Numbered from the whole stretch's first letter, positions 12,901-24,869 are shown. The stretch is 62,902 nucleotides of DNA, filler included, from Phoronis australis (GCA_002633005.1; 6 parts of 6 records of this genome joined end to end with filler, not necessarily neighbours in it); one strand, 5' to 3'. Numbers and translations are program-made. Notes: a model not told the origin generated them from the sequence alone.

Positions 12901-14917
12901 TCGACATGCATAGATGGATTGTGATTGGTTAAGTATATATTAAGAAAGAAAATTAAGTATATAAATAGTAGACCGGTTCTTGAATTGCCTGGTTTACGTC
13001 CTTCATGAGTTCACACTGTCCCAAATTGAATGCTTTCGTTTTTCTGTTCAGGTCGTCACTAATCGATTCTTCTAACAGTCGTGATATGCCCAGTAGCCTA
13101 TCGTATCAACGTGTGCAACAACGGTCTTGGCAGGGGTTGCACCTAGCAGACTCCGTTAGAATTAGTGGCACAAAATCGACATTGGTGTGCAGCAGGAGGC
13201 GGGGGTGGCGTAAATTAGTAGTGACTGAGGGAGACTGAGCTGCGCGAAATTGGTGACGACCGTGGACGGCGCTAAACTGGTGATGACTAGAGGAAACGGT
13301 CCTGTTATCTTCCACGCAGATTATCAGAAAATGTTAACGATTATCAGTTTCATTTCACCCACAAACAAATTTCACAAGTCCCAGAGTTTTCACTGTGAAA
13401 ACGGCGAATCCAGATGTGTTAGGTCAGCTCAGTTGCATGCATGGAGACGCGCCAGTGTATCTCTGAGTTAACAAATCGGGTGTTTCAAAGGCTATGGATG
13501 AGAAAGGTTTTAATTTTAATTGTAAAAAACGGTTGGGTGAATTTGATGTTGGTAGCCGATTTGAAATTGCATTCGCTTTCTAGACAGTACGCCCTTATAT
13601 AGACAATATATGTTAGTTAAACGTGTCTTCAGCTTCGCAGCACTGTACTCAGGCCTATACATGTAGAACGACAGCGCTAGCTTCTTCAACAATTCATACG
13701 ACTAGGGCCTACCAGGACGACAAGTGGGGATCACGAGTCGATGAGAAACTACTCATTTTATTATCATGATTCTATTTGTAATCTATTTTGGGTAATTATT
13801 CATTCGAAGTTTTCATGTTGAAACTGAGCTTTCATATGGAAATACGGTGTTAACTTGCGTTTCGGTTTGTAACCAGCAGATAATGCATGGATACGTTTAA
13901 CAGACATAAATATATGCTATGTTCTCGTCATTGTTCATCACTTTCTTCATTCTTGAACTCGTTCCCACATCCATTACTGTTACGTTAAATGCAAAATTCG
14001 TTAAAATTGAGAAAGCGCATGTTTTGATGGTCGGGAACCCTCTTTGTGCGTCGAATACGCAAGTCCAGCTTTTTATTGGGAAACCATACGTTGACAGCGC
14101 AAATGTCGACGTCAGTCTCGGCTGTGGCGTCTCTGTTGTGATGTCCTTGTCTTTTGAATGCTGGTCTTGGCCTAGCTGGTGCGACACATGACGCCAGAAG
14201 AGCTCAGCAGATGCCACGTGACCTGTCAGCTGTGAAGATCAAGTGACAACATAGTCTGCGCCTTCTGGAGTTAGCCGTCGTCCAGTGTGGACGTAACGTG
14301 AGTAGGCTTACCCTCTTACTCTTTACACTGTGAATAGATCGAACCTAGCCAATAAATACAACATATCCAACGAAGGTGTTACGGTAAGTTCACTTGTTAT
14401 TGTCAGCCACTCACACTGTCGCAAACCGACATGGACTGTGCCTGTGGTCGCGGTGTGCTTGTAATTTGTGTGTGGATCTTATTATTCTAACGCGTAATAT
14501 ACTGCTGGAGGTCCACGAGGAAGCCATAACGTTCACATAAGGCTAGTAGTTTATTATATTTCTGTCTTCTGAGGTTGTGTTTGTGTCAGTGAGCATCAAT
14601 GCAAGGGGGGGGGGGAGGGAACTACCAAGGCAAAGTGTTATCATTTCGCAAGTTGGGTATATTGGCATTGGTTGTGTTAGGAAACACGTAGACAATTACA
14701 TCGTCATCGACAAGTACATCCCCACAAAAAGTTACGCATTTTACAATAAACATTCCCACTAAATAAGATTGGTCCTAACCACAATGGTCAAGGTTTGGAA
14801 AATTGAACTAGACCGTATTTATCCACCTTGGCTGAGTCGCGCTCGGCTCACGACCAACATGTCGTGAACACATCCACTAGCACAAGAAACTGTAGGAACC
14901 ATGTGGTGAACACATCC

Positions 14918-16336
14918 CACGGGTGAGAAACAACATGACTGCCGGTCCTCTAAATCGGACCGACTCACCCAAACAGGACTGACGCACCTAAAAACATGAC
15001 CGTCCCACCACAAAACAGGACTGACGCACCTAAAAACATGACCGCCCCACCACAAAACAGGACCGCCGGGGACTGAGTAGTTAAGGCCTTTGTGTGATAC
15101 TGCGGGTTATGACGTAACCGGTCAGATAGCTGTGTAAAGACTATCGCCAAAATAAAGCTTGACAGCCTTGCGTTATTGAGCTCCGTTACATCCCCGACAT
15201 TGCCCACAGCCCGGGTAGTTCTGCTCGTCACCTCGTCGTGGAACTTACATCAACATGTAGTAGAGCGCGCGACCGATGCAGGCGCATGCAAAATCTAGGC
15301 GTCAACCAACACTCACCTTGCAGTTTGCAACCGCTTGAGTGAAAAACAATCTAATGAACTGTTGTAATAATAAGTGACATGTGCACGCGCCATTTCCTCA
15401 GAAAAATTTTGAGACATCTTTCGAAAGATGATGACAACTTGGCGGCAACAAGGTTTGTTATGAAATTCGGTTTGCTGGTATTAAAGTACTGAAAACTTAT
15501 AACGAAATGAAACCAGTTTCGATAATTTGTTGTGCCAGGTACGCAACCTTGTAGAAGGACAGTTGACTGAAGAATCGGGGGAAAAGGAACCGGCCAATGT
15601 AAGCCGACTTAAGAGAACGCAGAATAACGACAGAACGACAATTTCTCTCGAGCGCCGATGAAATAATTTAGTTTACTCAAGGAAGAGTGTCGTTAAAAAA
15701 AATTCGCCGGGTAAAGATTTTACATGTTCAGTTTTTTACCCACATCGGCGCAAAGCTGTACATTTAATGTACAGCTTTGCCGCACAAAGGCAGCTAGTAT
15801 GATGATGCTTCACCCGAGAACCAGAACGTCCGTTTTTTTACTTGACTAACTTTAAACGTCAAATTGGAGAAAATGATTTTCATTTTGTTCTAAAACTTAT
15901 GCAGTGGATAAAATTATAATTATTTAGCTCAAAAGCGTACAACGAGGTTGTTTTGTGTTAGATTTATTAAATGTTGACCTTTCAACTGTTTATAAGTCAC
16001 ATACCGCAGCCGGGAGCCTGGTGATGAGTAAAACTCAAAAGCGCCGCGTATTACAAAGCGAAGTGTCCTTTGTTGCTCACAAAAGATTTCGGTGGATTAA
16101 TCGGCACAAGACCTGCATATGCATACGTATATAGCCCCATTGTATGATCTGTGTAGGCCTAACGGTAATAAATTTTAGCCTGTTAGTTATTGCGGTTTTA
16201 GTCCCCGGCGGTCCTGTTTTGTGGTGGGGCGGTCATGTTTTTGGGTGCGTCAGTCCCATTTTCTGGTGCGGCGGTCCCATTTGATCCCTGGAGGTCCTGT
16301 TTAGAGGACCGGCGGTCATGTTGTTTCTCACCCGTG
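14918..16336. mobile_element. Non-autonomous DNA transposon with CAC...GTG termini, ~140-160 bp TIRs and a 5-bp TSD (CATCC); Transib/RAG-like, alternatively CMC/Chapaev-like
   Basis: Outer 37 bp CACGGGTGAGAAACAACATGAC(T/C)GCCGGTCCTCTAAA are inverted with one mismatch; inner TIR extends to 15074 and 16200. CATCC at 14913-14917 and 16337-16341. No long internal ORF. Confidence 0.85.
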
Positions 16337-17546
16337 CATCCACTACCACAAGAAACTGTAGGAACATGGCATTTATCTACCTTCACTCTTATCAGGCTTC
16401 TATTGTGAGTCAGCATGCGTGAATAATTGGCTGATAAGCCACCTCTGGAACTACTTTTGGCTGAATGGATGACCAGGTCATAAAATGATAATTAGCCAAG
16501 ACTAGTTACTAATGCAACAAAGAATAATGTCATAGCATCACCTAGCCTAGCCTTGGTGGAAAGCTGTATACTGTATTGGCTCTAATAAACGCTTAGAAAA
16601 ATCATTTCACGGGAGGGGACGCTCATTGTAGCCTACGGCAGTTGAAACCCGGTTTCCTAAACGGGTAAAATCTGAAGCTAGGATTCATCAAATTTACGCT
16701 CTGTGACGTATTTGTAGCCTATGACAGTCTTTCTACAAACTTGTGGTGCATTGCTATCAACTTCCGTTGTTAAATTACGATAATTTTTCAAAAAATTGTG
16801 CTCATCACAGGGCGAAAACTTGCCGACTGATGCGTCGCTGAATCGCGATCGTCAATAGGAAAACTTGAACTCTTGAATAAAAACATAGTTTCGACTCAAC
16901 AAATTACCTGAAATCTTACTTATGTTTTACAATTTTTAAAGTTCATGTGGACTCCAGATTAATTGCGATTAAGTCCAAATCTGCGCTACATCGTACCCCA
17001 CAAGACGAGAAAAATCTCTGGATGAACACACATGTTGTTGTCACGTGACGTTTGTTTTGAAGTTCGTCTGCATGTGAGAGTGAGTGAACGTGCGTGTGCG
17101 GGTCATCGACGACAGACTTTTTTGTTACAAAAGGCGGAGGATTATGCAAGAAAATGGCGTTTACTAGATTGTTTTTCACTTAAACGGCTGCAACGTGCAA
17201 GGTGAGTGCTGCTTAACTCACAGATTTTGTGTGCACAGGACGACGGTCGTTAGCTCAACCTTGGAGTATTATAGTCAAAGGCTCGATCTACATGTTGGGG
17301 ACGAGGTGAACTACCCGGGCTGTGTGAAATTTCTGGATCTAACGGAGACACTGACGCAGCCAGCTCGCTGTATCAAGACTATAGTCAAAATCCAAATTCT
17401 TTTTATCGTGTCCCTGCCAATAATAACGGCATGCTAAAGTTTCTTAATTTTCGTACTTCAGGAACATAACAATAACGTGTTTTGTACACATACGCGCACG
17501 CCGCAGATCACATCTCGGAAATTGCCGATTTGACGGATGACAATGA

Positions 17547-20516
17547 ATGAGCACAATGAAATTAAACAACGTCGTTTCCAATTTGCCAGACGGTCAGTCC
17601 ACTATAGATGACTCTCTTCTTCTTGAGATGATTCTACTGAACATTAGAAATTATACTTTGTCTTATTCAGCTTTCAAGAAAAAAGAAAAGCATCGACATG
17701 AAAAGAATTTAGAGGAGCAATTAAATCTTCTTAGAGAAATGATGTGCAACAGTAATTCTGCTCTGCTCCTTGAAATTTATTCAGATTTACTGAAAGATTA
17801 CGAATATATTAGAAAGGACAAAGTGAAAGGCATGATGCTGAGATCTCGGGCAAAATGGATCGAGGATGGTGAAAAACCGTCCAAATATTTTAGTAACTTA
17901 GAAAAACGCAATTACGTGAACAAGAATGTCCACAAACTTATAGACGAGACTGGACGGAGCTTGATGAACCAAAAAGCTATACTGCGTGCAATCGAAAAAT
18001 TCTATGCAAATTTATATGCAGCGAAAGAAAATGACTCTCTCCAATATGAGTTGGAGGACTTGGTGACCCCTGAAAATATGTCTAAACTGGACGCCGACCT
18101 GAAAGAAAAACTAGAAGGACCAATAACTTATACTGAAGCTGCAACTGTCCTTAAATGTATGAAAAATGACAAAACTCCGGGGACTGATGGTTTTCCTGTA
18201 GAGTTTTACAAATTTTTTTGGAAAGAATTGTCGCCATTTTTGATCAAATCTTTTAATTACAGTTTTCGAACCGGCCGTCTCCCTACCACTATGCGTCAAG
18301 GTGTCATTACTCTGATTCCTAAGGGCAAGAAACCACGTGAATACATTAAAAATTGGAGACCAATCTCCTTACTAAATTCAAGTTATAAACTATTATCAGC
18401 ATGTATTGCACAAAGGATAAAATCTGTTTTAAATAAGTTAATTCATCCTAATCAAACTGGGTTTCTCCCAGGTCGCTTTATGGGAGAGAACACCAGAGTG
18501 ATTTATGACATCTTACAATATACTCAAGTTAAGGATATTCCCGGACTTCTGGTATTAATTGATTTTGAAAAAGCCTTTGATTCTGTGTCCTGGAGATTTC
18601 TTAAGAAAGTTCTACACTATTTCAATTTTGGTGACGATATTATTCGTTGGTTCACAATACTCAATGAAAGTGTCCAACTTTCAGTCATTCAGTATGGCTT
18701 TACGTCCAACTACTTTAACATTTGCCGAGGTTGCAGACAAGGGGATCCCCTTTCACCTTATCTTTTTTTGTTGTGTGCCGAAATTATGGCATCTATGTTG
18801 AGGCAATGCGAGAATGTTAAAGGCATAAAAGTAGGCTCTTTAGAGTATAAATTAATGCAATATGCGGATGACACGGTCCTCTTTCTAGATGGTTCAGAGG
18901 CCTCTTTAAAATCTTCACTTAACCTTCTTGATCAGTTTGCTAAGTATTCTGGTTTGACACCCAATATCGATAAAACTGTTTGTATATGGATTGGTTCTAA
19001 GATATGTTGTGGTGATAGGCTTTGTTGTGAAAAAGATTTAAAATGGGAAAGTTCCCAGTTCACATCTCTTGGAATTACCTTCTCTGTCAACTTACAGGAC
19101 ATGATTCACTTAAACTACGATGTAAAATTAAATGAGGTTAGAAAAGGCATTGGAAATTGGTCAAAAAGAAATTTGTCTACCTTTGGTAAGATAACGGTTG
19201 TCAAATCTTTCTTATTACCAAAACTGATTCACCTCTTTTACACACTTCCTCTTCCAAGTGCTACTTTTTTTAAGGACATTGAAAAACTATTCTTTAATTT
19301 TATATGGGGTACCTCTTCTGATAGAATCTCTAGAAAAACCATGGTGCAGAAATCTGAAGTTGGAGGTGGGAATATGGTTCATATTGCGTCATTTGTCAAA
19401 GCTATTAAACTGACTTGGATTCGAAGATTCTTGAAAAATTATTATAACAATACTTCTCTTTGGCTAAATATTTTATGTGAAATTATTCCTAATATAAAAA
19501 ATGACTCTTTTCAGTTAGGTTCTTGTTTTTTCCTTGAAGTATCTAACCGTACTAAAAATATTTTTTGGAAGGATATTTTTCATATCTTATACGAATTTAT
19601 CAATCTTTGTGAGATAGAGGATCCTTTGTACCAACCTTTGTGGTATAACCCCAAAATTTGTATAGACAGTAATCCAATTTTTTGGAACGAGTGGTTTCAA
19701 AAGGGTATACGGTACGTATACGATTTAATTGACCCTGATAAGGGATATATTTATGATTATCATACCTTTTGTAAACGTTTTCAATTTTGTCCTTGTATTA
19801 CTCATTTTTATGGAATTCGAAGTTCAATACTTCGTTCTTGGAATCATCTAAGAGACAAGAGTACTATAGTCACTCCACTTTTTCCAGAACATATTTTTCG
19901 AATCTCCTCGGAAAATAAAGGGACTGGGAAAATCTATGAAGTATTTATTTCTAAGTTATATGTAAAACCTGTCGCAGAATTGAAGTGGGAGAGAGAAATT
20001 AACTTATGTGATGAAACTCAATCTTGGAAAAAAATTCATTCTGTAATTTATCATTGTACTTCTGATGTCAGACTCAGATGGTTTCAATTCCGTATCAACC
20101 ACAGAATTATTGGTACAAACTCTTATTTAAAGAAAATAGGTGTTAGTGAATCGTCTTTATGTTCTTTCTGTGAGCAACATGAAGAAACAATTCTACATTT
20201 GTATTGGGAATGTTCACTTGTTCAGAAGTTTTGGGGATGTTTAAGAACATGGATGATAAATCAGTGCAATTTCCCTCTGCAGTTAAATATGTCTTCCGCC
20301 TTGTTTGGAGACCCAGCCTGTAGATTAGAAGCTGTAAATTTAATTCTTTGCTTAGCGAAATTCCACTTATATAGACAAAGATTACAAAAGACTAAGCCCA
20401 ATTTTCAGTCATTTTTACGTGAGGTATATGATTACTACAACCTGGAAAAAATTATTTACAATGATAAATTGGATCTTGAGAGATTCCAGGCAAGGTGGTC
20501 TTTTTTGCCTAACTAG
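17547..20516 (+). CDS. L1/Tx1-clade ORF2 (reverse transcriptase plus C-terminal zinc knuckle) lacking the N-terminal APE endonuclease
   Basis: Uninterrupted 989 aa with LRSRAKWIEDGEKPSKYF, KTPGTDGFP, NWRPISLLN, DFEKAFDSV, GCRQGDPLSPYLF, QYADD and CSFCEQHEETILHLYWEC. The first ~10 codons come from flanking DNA and the TSD. Confidence 0.93.
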   Translation: MSTMKLNNVVSNLPDGQSTIDDSLLLEMILLNIRNYTLSYSAFKKKEKHRHEKNLEEQLNLLREMMCNSNSALLLEIYSDLLKDYEYIRKDKVKGMMLRSRAKWIEDGEKPSKYFSNLEKRNYVNKNVHKLIDETGRSLMNQKAILRAIEKFYANLYAAKENDSLQYELEDLVTPENMSKLDADLKEKLEGPITYTEAATVLKCMKNDKTPGTDGFPVEFYKFFWKELSPFLIKSFNYSFRTGRLPTTMRQGVITLIPKGKKPREYIKNWRPISLLNSSYKLLSACIAQRIKSVLNKLIHPNQTGFLPGRFMGENTRVIYDILQYTQVKDIPGLLVLIDFEKAFDSVSWRFLKKVLHYFNFGDDIIRWFTILNESVQLSVIQYGFTSNYFNICRGCRQGDPLSPYLFLLCAEIMASMLRQCENVKGIKVGSLEYKLMQYADDTVLFLDGSEASLKSSLNLLDQFAKYSGLTPNIDKTVCIWIGSKICCGDRLCCEKDLKWESSQFTSLGITFSVNLQDMIHLNYDVKLNEVRKGIGNWSKRNLSTFGKITVVKSFLLPKLIHLFYTLPLPSATFFKDIEKLFFNFIWGTSSDRISRKTMVQKSEVGGGNMVHIASFVKAIKLTWIRRFLKNYYNNTSLWLNILCEIIPNIKNDSFQLGSCFFLEVSNRTKNIFWKDIFHILYEFINLCEIEDPLYQPLWYNPKICIDSNPIFWNEWFQKGIRYVYDLIDPDKGYIYDYHTFCKRFQFCPCITHFYGIRSSILRSWNHLRDKSTIVTPLFPEHIFRISSENKGTGKIYEVFISKLYVKPVAELKWEREINLCDETQSWKKIHSVIYHCTSDVRLRWFQFRINHRIIGTNSYLKKIGVSESSLCSFCEQHEETILHLYWECSLVQKFWGCLRTWMINQCNFPLQLNMSSALFGDPACRLEAVNLILCLAKFHLYRQRLQKTKPNFQSFLREVYDYYNLEKIIYNDKLDLERFQARWSFLPN

Positions 20517-20641
20517 CTTTTGTAGGGTCCGATAATGTTTCGTAATTTGTTTGATGTACACTAAACTAGATGTCATATTGTCACACAACTATGTACTGGT
20601 TGGTTGAGTTAATAAATATCTCTGAAAAAAAAACAAAACAA
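17578..20641 (+). mobile_element. 5'-truncated L1/Tx1 non-LTR retrotransposon with 14-bp target-site duplication
   Basis: TSD AAACAACGTCGTTT at 17564-17577 and 20642-20655. AATAAA at 20611 and A-rich tail at 20625-20641. Target reads TT/AAAC. Confidence 0.93.
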
Positions 20642-22742
20642 AAACAACGTCGTTTTACAGCTTGTAAGATTCATAATAAACGTATTTTGAATATTGCAAT
20701 GCATGTGTTCCAAAATCTAAATAACTTGGGTCCTATATTTTTGTATTCGTGCGCGCCGATTGAAAGTAATCGTGAGTGTTGCTGTGTTGCAAAATCTCTT
20801 ATCCTGGGCCGATTTGAAAAATTCAAAGTTGTACTCATATTTGTTTTCGCTCCTCTTTTCAAATATTACAGTAAAAACTACTTTTAACTCTCTCCATAAA
20901 AAGTACAGTCTGCTAGGTAGATTGTAATCAGCTGATCATATCCGCATGAGCGAAGCCAATTATCCTCGCTCGTGACTCGATGAATAGAGCTATGGAATAT
21001 AGAGCACTGGAATTTAAAGCAATTTTAGCAACTGTAACATGCATTTCTTTCAACTGTCTAAGAATTTAATGTAAGTTGAAGGAGATGTCTCTCATCGCAG
21101 TCTTCAAAAAAAACTCGGGCCTAAGCAGTATAAACTTTTAAAAAGACTTATAGAAAGTTAAAATTTGACTAGATTGAAACATATCAGTACGAAATTAAGA
21201 TGCCATCTGCAAGTTAAATAAAATACTAAATATTTTTAGTCAGGCATAAAGAAGTACTCCTATTTAAACCTTTATACAAGAAGGCCCAAGTTAATATGCT
21301 CTGCAGTATCAATCTGTATCTTGTTCGTCACTACCAAGTTCTTGGACATAATCTAAAACTTGCACAGCTTTCCCTACAAATACATGAAAGTAAGTTTTAA
21401 ATTCACTACAAAGCAAATTCATCAAAAACGTATGTTGAGGTCTTTGGTTTCATATTCAGAAAGTTTGATTTTATGTTTAACTTGTTAAGGAAAACTAAAC
21501 TCTACATTAAGGAAAATTACTATAAAAGTTTAAAAAATCAGTTTTGTTCATAATGCTAGAAAGACTAGGTGTTCAAAAGATTTGTGAATTTATCGATTTT
21601 GAAAACCATAACGTTGTTGTTTACCTGTTTGTTGCCTCCTATCTTCTGTCACCGTCTCTGTCGCCAGCATACTTCAGGTCAGCACTTCAGCCATCATTTC
21701 AATTGATCTTCAGTTTCTGCCAGCTTTAACTTGCATCTTTAAATTTCAAACAAAAATGTCCCGTTTTATGTAATTATTAAAAAATAATGTTAAAAAGTAC
21801 AACTGACGAAGCTAAGCATTACAGAGTTTATTGTTTAACTTTCTCACAACTATAATTACAGAGGTTTAAACATTTTCACATTTTACAACAATGAGGAAAC
21901 TATTGATGAGCTGGAAATTTACTTACCAGTAGCATATTTAATTTCTGCATGGTTCAGACCCAGTCCACCTCAGGCTATCTCTTCTGCTCTGCCACCTTTA
22001 AAAGTTACTTTGCTATCAGAGAGTTGAGGGTGGCAGGTTGCAATCATCGCCCTTTGCACAAACCCAACACATAGGTACTACCTCTACACTGCCCTCAACA
22101 GTGAAATGCACATCAGCATACATTCTGAAACACATTGAGTACCAATCAATAACATGTTAAATGTCATAAGCATGGCTTTTCATTGCTCTTACACGAGCAA
22201 GTCTAATTGCTATGGCTGTCCTTGGCCTCGGAATGCAAAATTGATAAATCCTGTATCACCATCGAAAAAAATAAATAAACTGTATTTTTGTTTAGGATTG
22301 TGGTTTTAATGTGTTACGAAAATCAAATTTGCCTTTAAATTTCACTTTAATGAAGTTGTTTATTAAAACTAGTCTCTGATTCTGGATATGTTGTGTCCAT
22401 ACGTTGTATTATTACTTGTCTGAATAGAGATAATGATATGACAAAAAGGCAGCAATGATAATAGAGACTCCACAAATTGTTTTGACTTATCACTGCATAG
22501 AGTTTAAATTTTGTCATGATGAGTTTGGCTTACTTGTGCAAAGTTTGAAAACCTATGCAATGAGTTTGAAGTGCAGTGTACGGAGAGATTAGTAATTTCT
22601 TAACCAAATATCAACATTTTGAATTTTTGGAACCAGGTCAATACACATTCCAATGCTTACAATAACTTCCCACAGTATTTACAAGAGCTTTCCAACATGT
22701 GCATGAATTATATAAAACTCCAGTCGAGTTTGAACTTTCAGC

Positions 22743-22822
22743 TTTATTTATTTTTATTATTGTGATAATTAAAATGAGGGTGGCCTCTTCAGTGATAGCA
22801 CTGCTTTCCAAGAGGGCCCTCA
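22743..22822 (-). mobile_element. Short 3'-terminal fragment (stem-loop plus (AATA)n-type tail) of the CR1/L2-type LINE at 29057-30150
   Basis: aaaatgagggtggcctcttc(a/t)gtgatagcactgctttccaagagggccctca is shared with ~29086-29137; preceded by a ttattt-type tail. Confidence 0.85.
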
Positions 22823-23183
22823 GCTGTGGAGAACACTGACTGGACTTGTCATGCAAGGATCTGACGAGTTAACAACTTCATTGCAACTTTCTTCTTTTCA
22901 TTGTTCGCATGCTTTGAAGTTTAAATTTACTCAATCAAACAAAACCATAGAGTTCTGGACATTTGAGCAACTTCTGTACTAAACAACTGACTCGGTTTCT
23001 CTGATACCAATCTCACTGTTTTGACCATATTCTGCATATAGACTGAGCATGTCAGGCAGTCAGTAAGATATTTTGCATAGGAGGTTCTCGTTGAATATGT
23101 TGTGTAATAACATTAACCACAGCATGACAAAAATACACTATCAACGGTGATCAGGTAATTCAAGAAAATAACTACGGTTTTAA

Positions 23184-23231
23184 AACTTGACATGTTTTGG
23201 TGTCATTTATTAAACACCATCTTCAGAAGTC
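23184..23231 (-). ncRNA. Minimal type-I hammerhead ribozyme, Penelope-type; GAAA core reads AAAA
   Basis: Minus strand: gactt CTGAAGA t ggtgt-ttaataaatg-acacc AAAAC AT GTC aagtt. Stem I gactt/aagtt, stem II ggtgt/acacc, palindromic stem III ACATGT, GUC cleavage triplet. Confidence 0.75.
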
Positions 23232-23311
23232 ATAATACAGTGGCCACCTAGCTAGGCCCAGCAACAAGTAATGAAGCACAGATACAGTCAGTTACAGGGA
23301 GTGACAATGAA

Positions 23312-23389
23312 CTAGACCAACAATGACAACCTGTGGTGTGTCAGTTGCCTATTGAGATTGGGCTTGCACCAACTGATATGTAAAGCCTC
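23312..23389 (-). mobile_element. C-terminus of a Penelope-like element ORF (GIY-YIG endonuclease tail), running into the gap
   Basis: Manual minus-strand translation EALHISWCKPNLNRQLTHHRLSLLV* fits the E-A-L-x-I-x3-KP-x-LN-x-Q end of PLE GIY-YIG domains. A hammerhead follows 80 nt downstream. Confidence 0.78.
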
Positions 23390-24044
23390 NNNNNNNNNNN
23401 NNNNNNNNNNNNNNNNNNNNNNNNNNNNNNNNNNNNNNNNNNNNNNNNNNNNNNNNNNNNNNNNNNNNNNNNNNNNNNNNNNNNNNNNNNNNNNNNNNNN
23501 NNNNNNNNNNNNNNNNNNNNNNNNNNNNNNNNNNNNNNNNNNNNNNNNNNNNNNNNNNNNNNNNNNNNNNNNNNNNNNNNNNNNNNNNNNNNNNNNNNNN
23601 NNNNNNNNNNNNNNNNNNNNNNNNNNNNNNNNNNNNNNNNNNNNNNNNNNNNNNNNNNNNNNNNNNNNNNNNNNNNNNNNNNNNNNNNNNNNNNNNNNNN
23701 NNNNNNNNNNNNNNNNNNNNNNNNNNNNNNNNNNNNNNNNNNNNNNNNNNNNNNNNNNNNNNNNNNNNNNNNNNNNNNNNNNNNNNNNNNNNNNNNNNNN
23801 NNNNNNNNNNNNNNNNNNNNNNNNNNNNNNNNNNNNNNNNNNNNNNNNNNNNNNNNNNNNNNNNNNNNNNNNNNNNNNNNNNNNNNNNNNNNNNNNNNNN
23901 NNNNNNNNNNNNNNNNNNNNNNNNNNNNNNNNNNNNNNNNNNNNNNNNNNNNNNNNNNNNNNNNNNNNNNNNNNNNNNNNNNNNNNNNNNNNNNNNNNNN
24001 NNNNNNNNNNNNNNNNNNNNNNNNNNNNNNNNNNNNNNNNNNNN
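23390..24044. other. Assembly gap (N run)
   Basis: Continuous Ns. Confidence 1.
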
Positions 24045-24869
24045 CTAGATGGAGTTTGCCTCGCAAAATCGTATTATTATAACGTTTCTTACCATTGCAG
24101 CGTTTTAATATCTTATTACCGCAAACACTGAGGTTAACGACTATGCTCACGCACAAGCCTACTCCCTACCTTTAAAGTGTTTCATAATAAGCGCACACTG
24201 ATCTATTAAAAGTCCCCCCTTAAATTTTGAGAATTTCCAGTGAAGCGCCCACAGTTCAAGCTAGCGCCCATCATAGCGCACTACAAACGACCGCGTGTGA
24301 TTTAAAATTGTCACGCAGCTTATATGGTGTGTCACTTTCATTTTACACAACTTCAGTTTTCAAAAACGTCTTTTCACAATATGTAAAAACCAAATCCCGG
24401 CTTTGTTTTATACCTCGGAAAGAAAGTTAACACTTGTGACATGCGTGTCGTTTTGTGACTGACCTATTTTTCCCGTACTCGGAAGGTATTGTGGAGCAAA
24501 CTCACCATTACCCGAGTTAGTTTGAATCGTAGCAGGCCATATCTAACAAAATCCCGGATACTTTTTCAACGGGCATTTTCTCCCTTTTCACATCGCAAAT
24601 TTAGCTACTCGAATGCACTAGTCAGTTAGAGAGCACTGATTCAACTTTCACGTCGGCAACTTGCCTTGCGCTCTAGAGTCTTTCAATGGCGGTCGTTAAG
24701 AACAGTAAGGCCGTACCTGCATGAATGAAGTCAATTTTGAGATCCGAAATTTGTGAGTATTTAACGCTGCAGGTAAGAGCATAATCTAAATATTTTCTCG
24801 ATGATCTAAAAGTCTATTTTGGCGCGTAAAAATGGCGGGGAAATTTTGCGGCCTGGCATTTACTAATGC

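Noticed and set aside
12480-13240. Cluster of splice-like signals on the + strand (cag|gtatg, cag|gtaagt, ttcag|)
   Set aside because: No coherent reading frame or recognisable protein; could be lncRNA or TE decay but is unsupported.
21625-22125. Two AG/GT-bounded exon-like segments on the minus strand
   Set aside because: Frames examined contain stops and no family was recognised.
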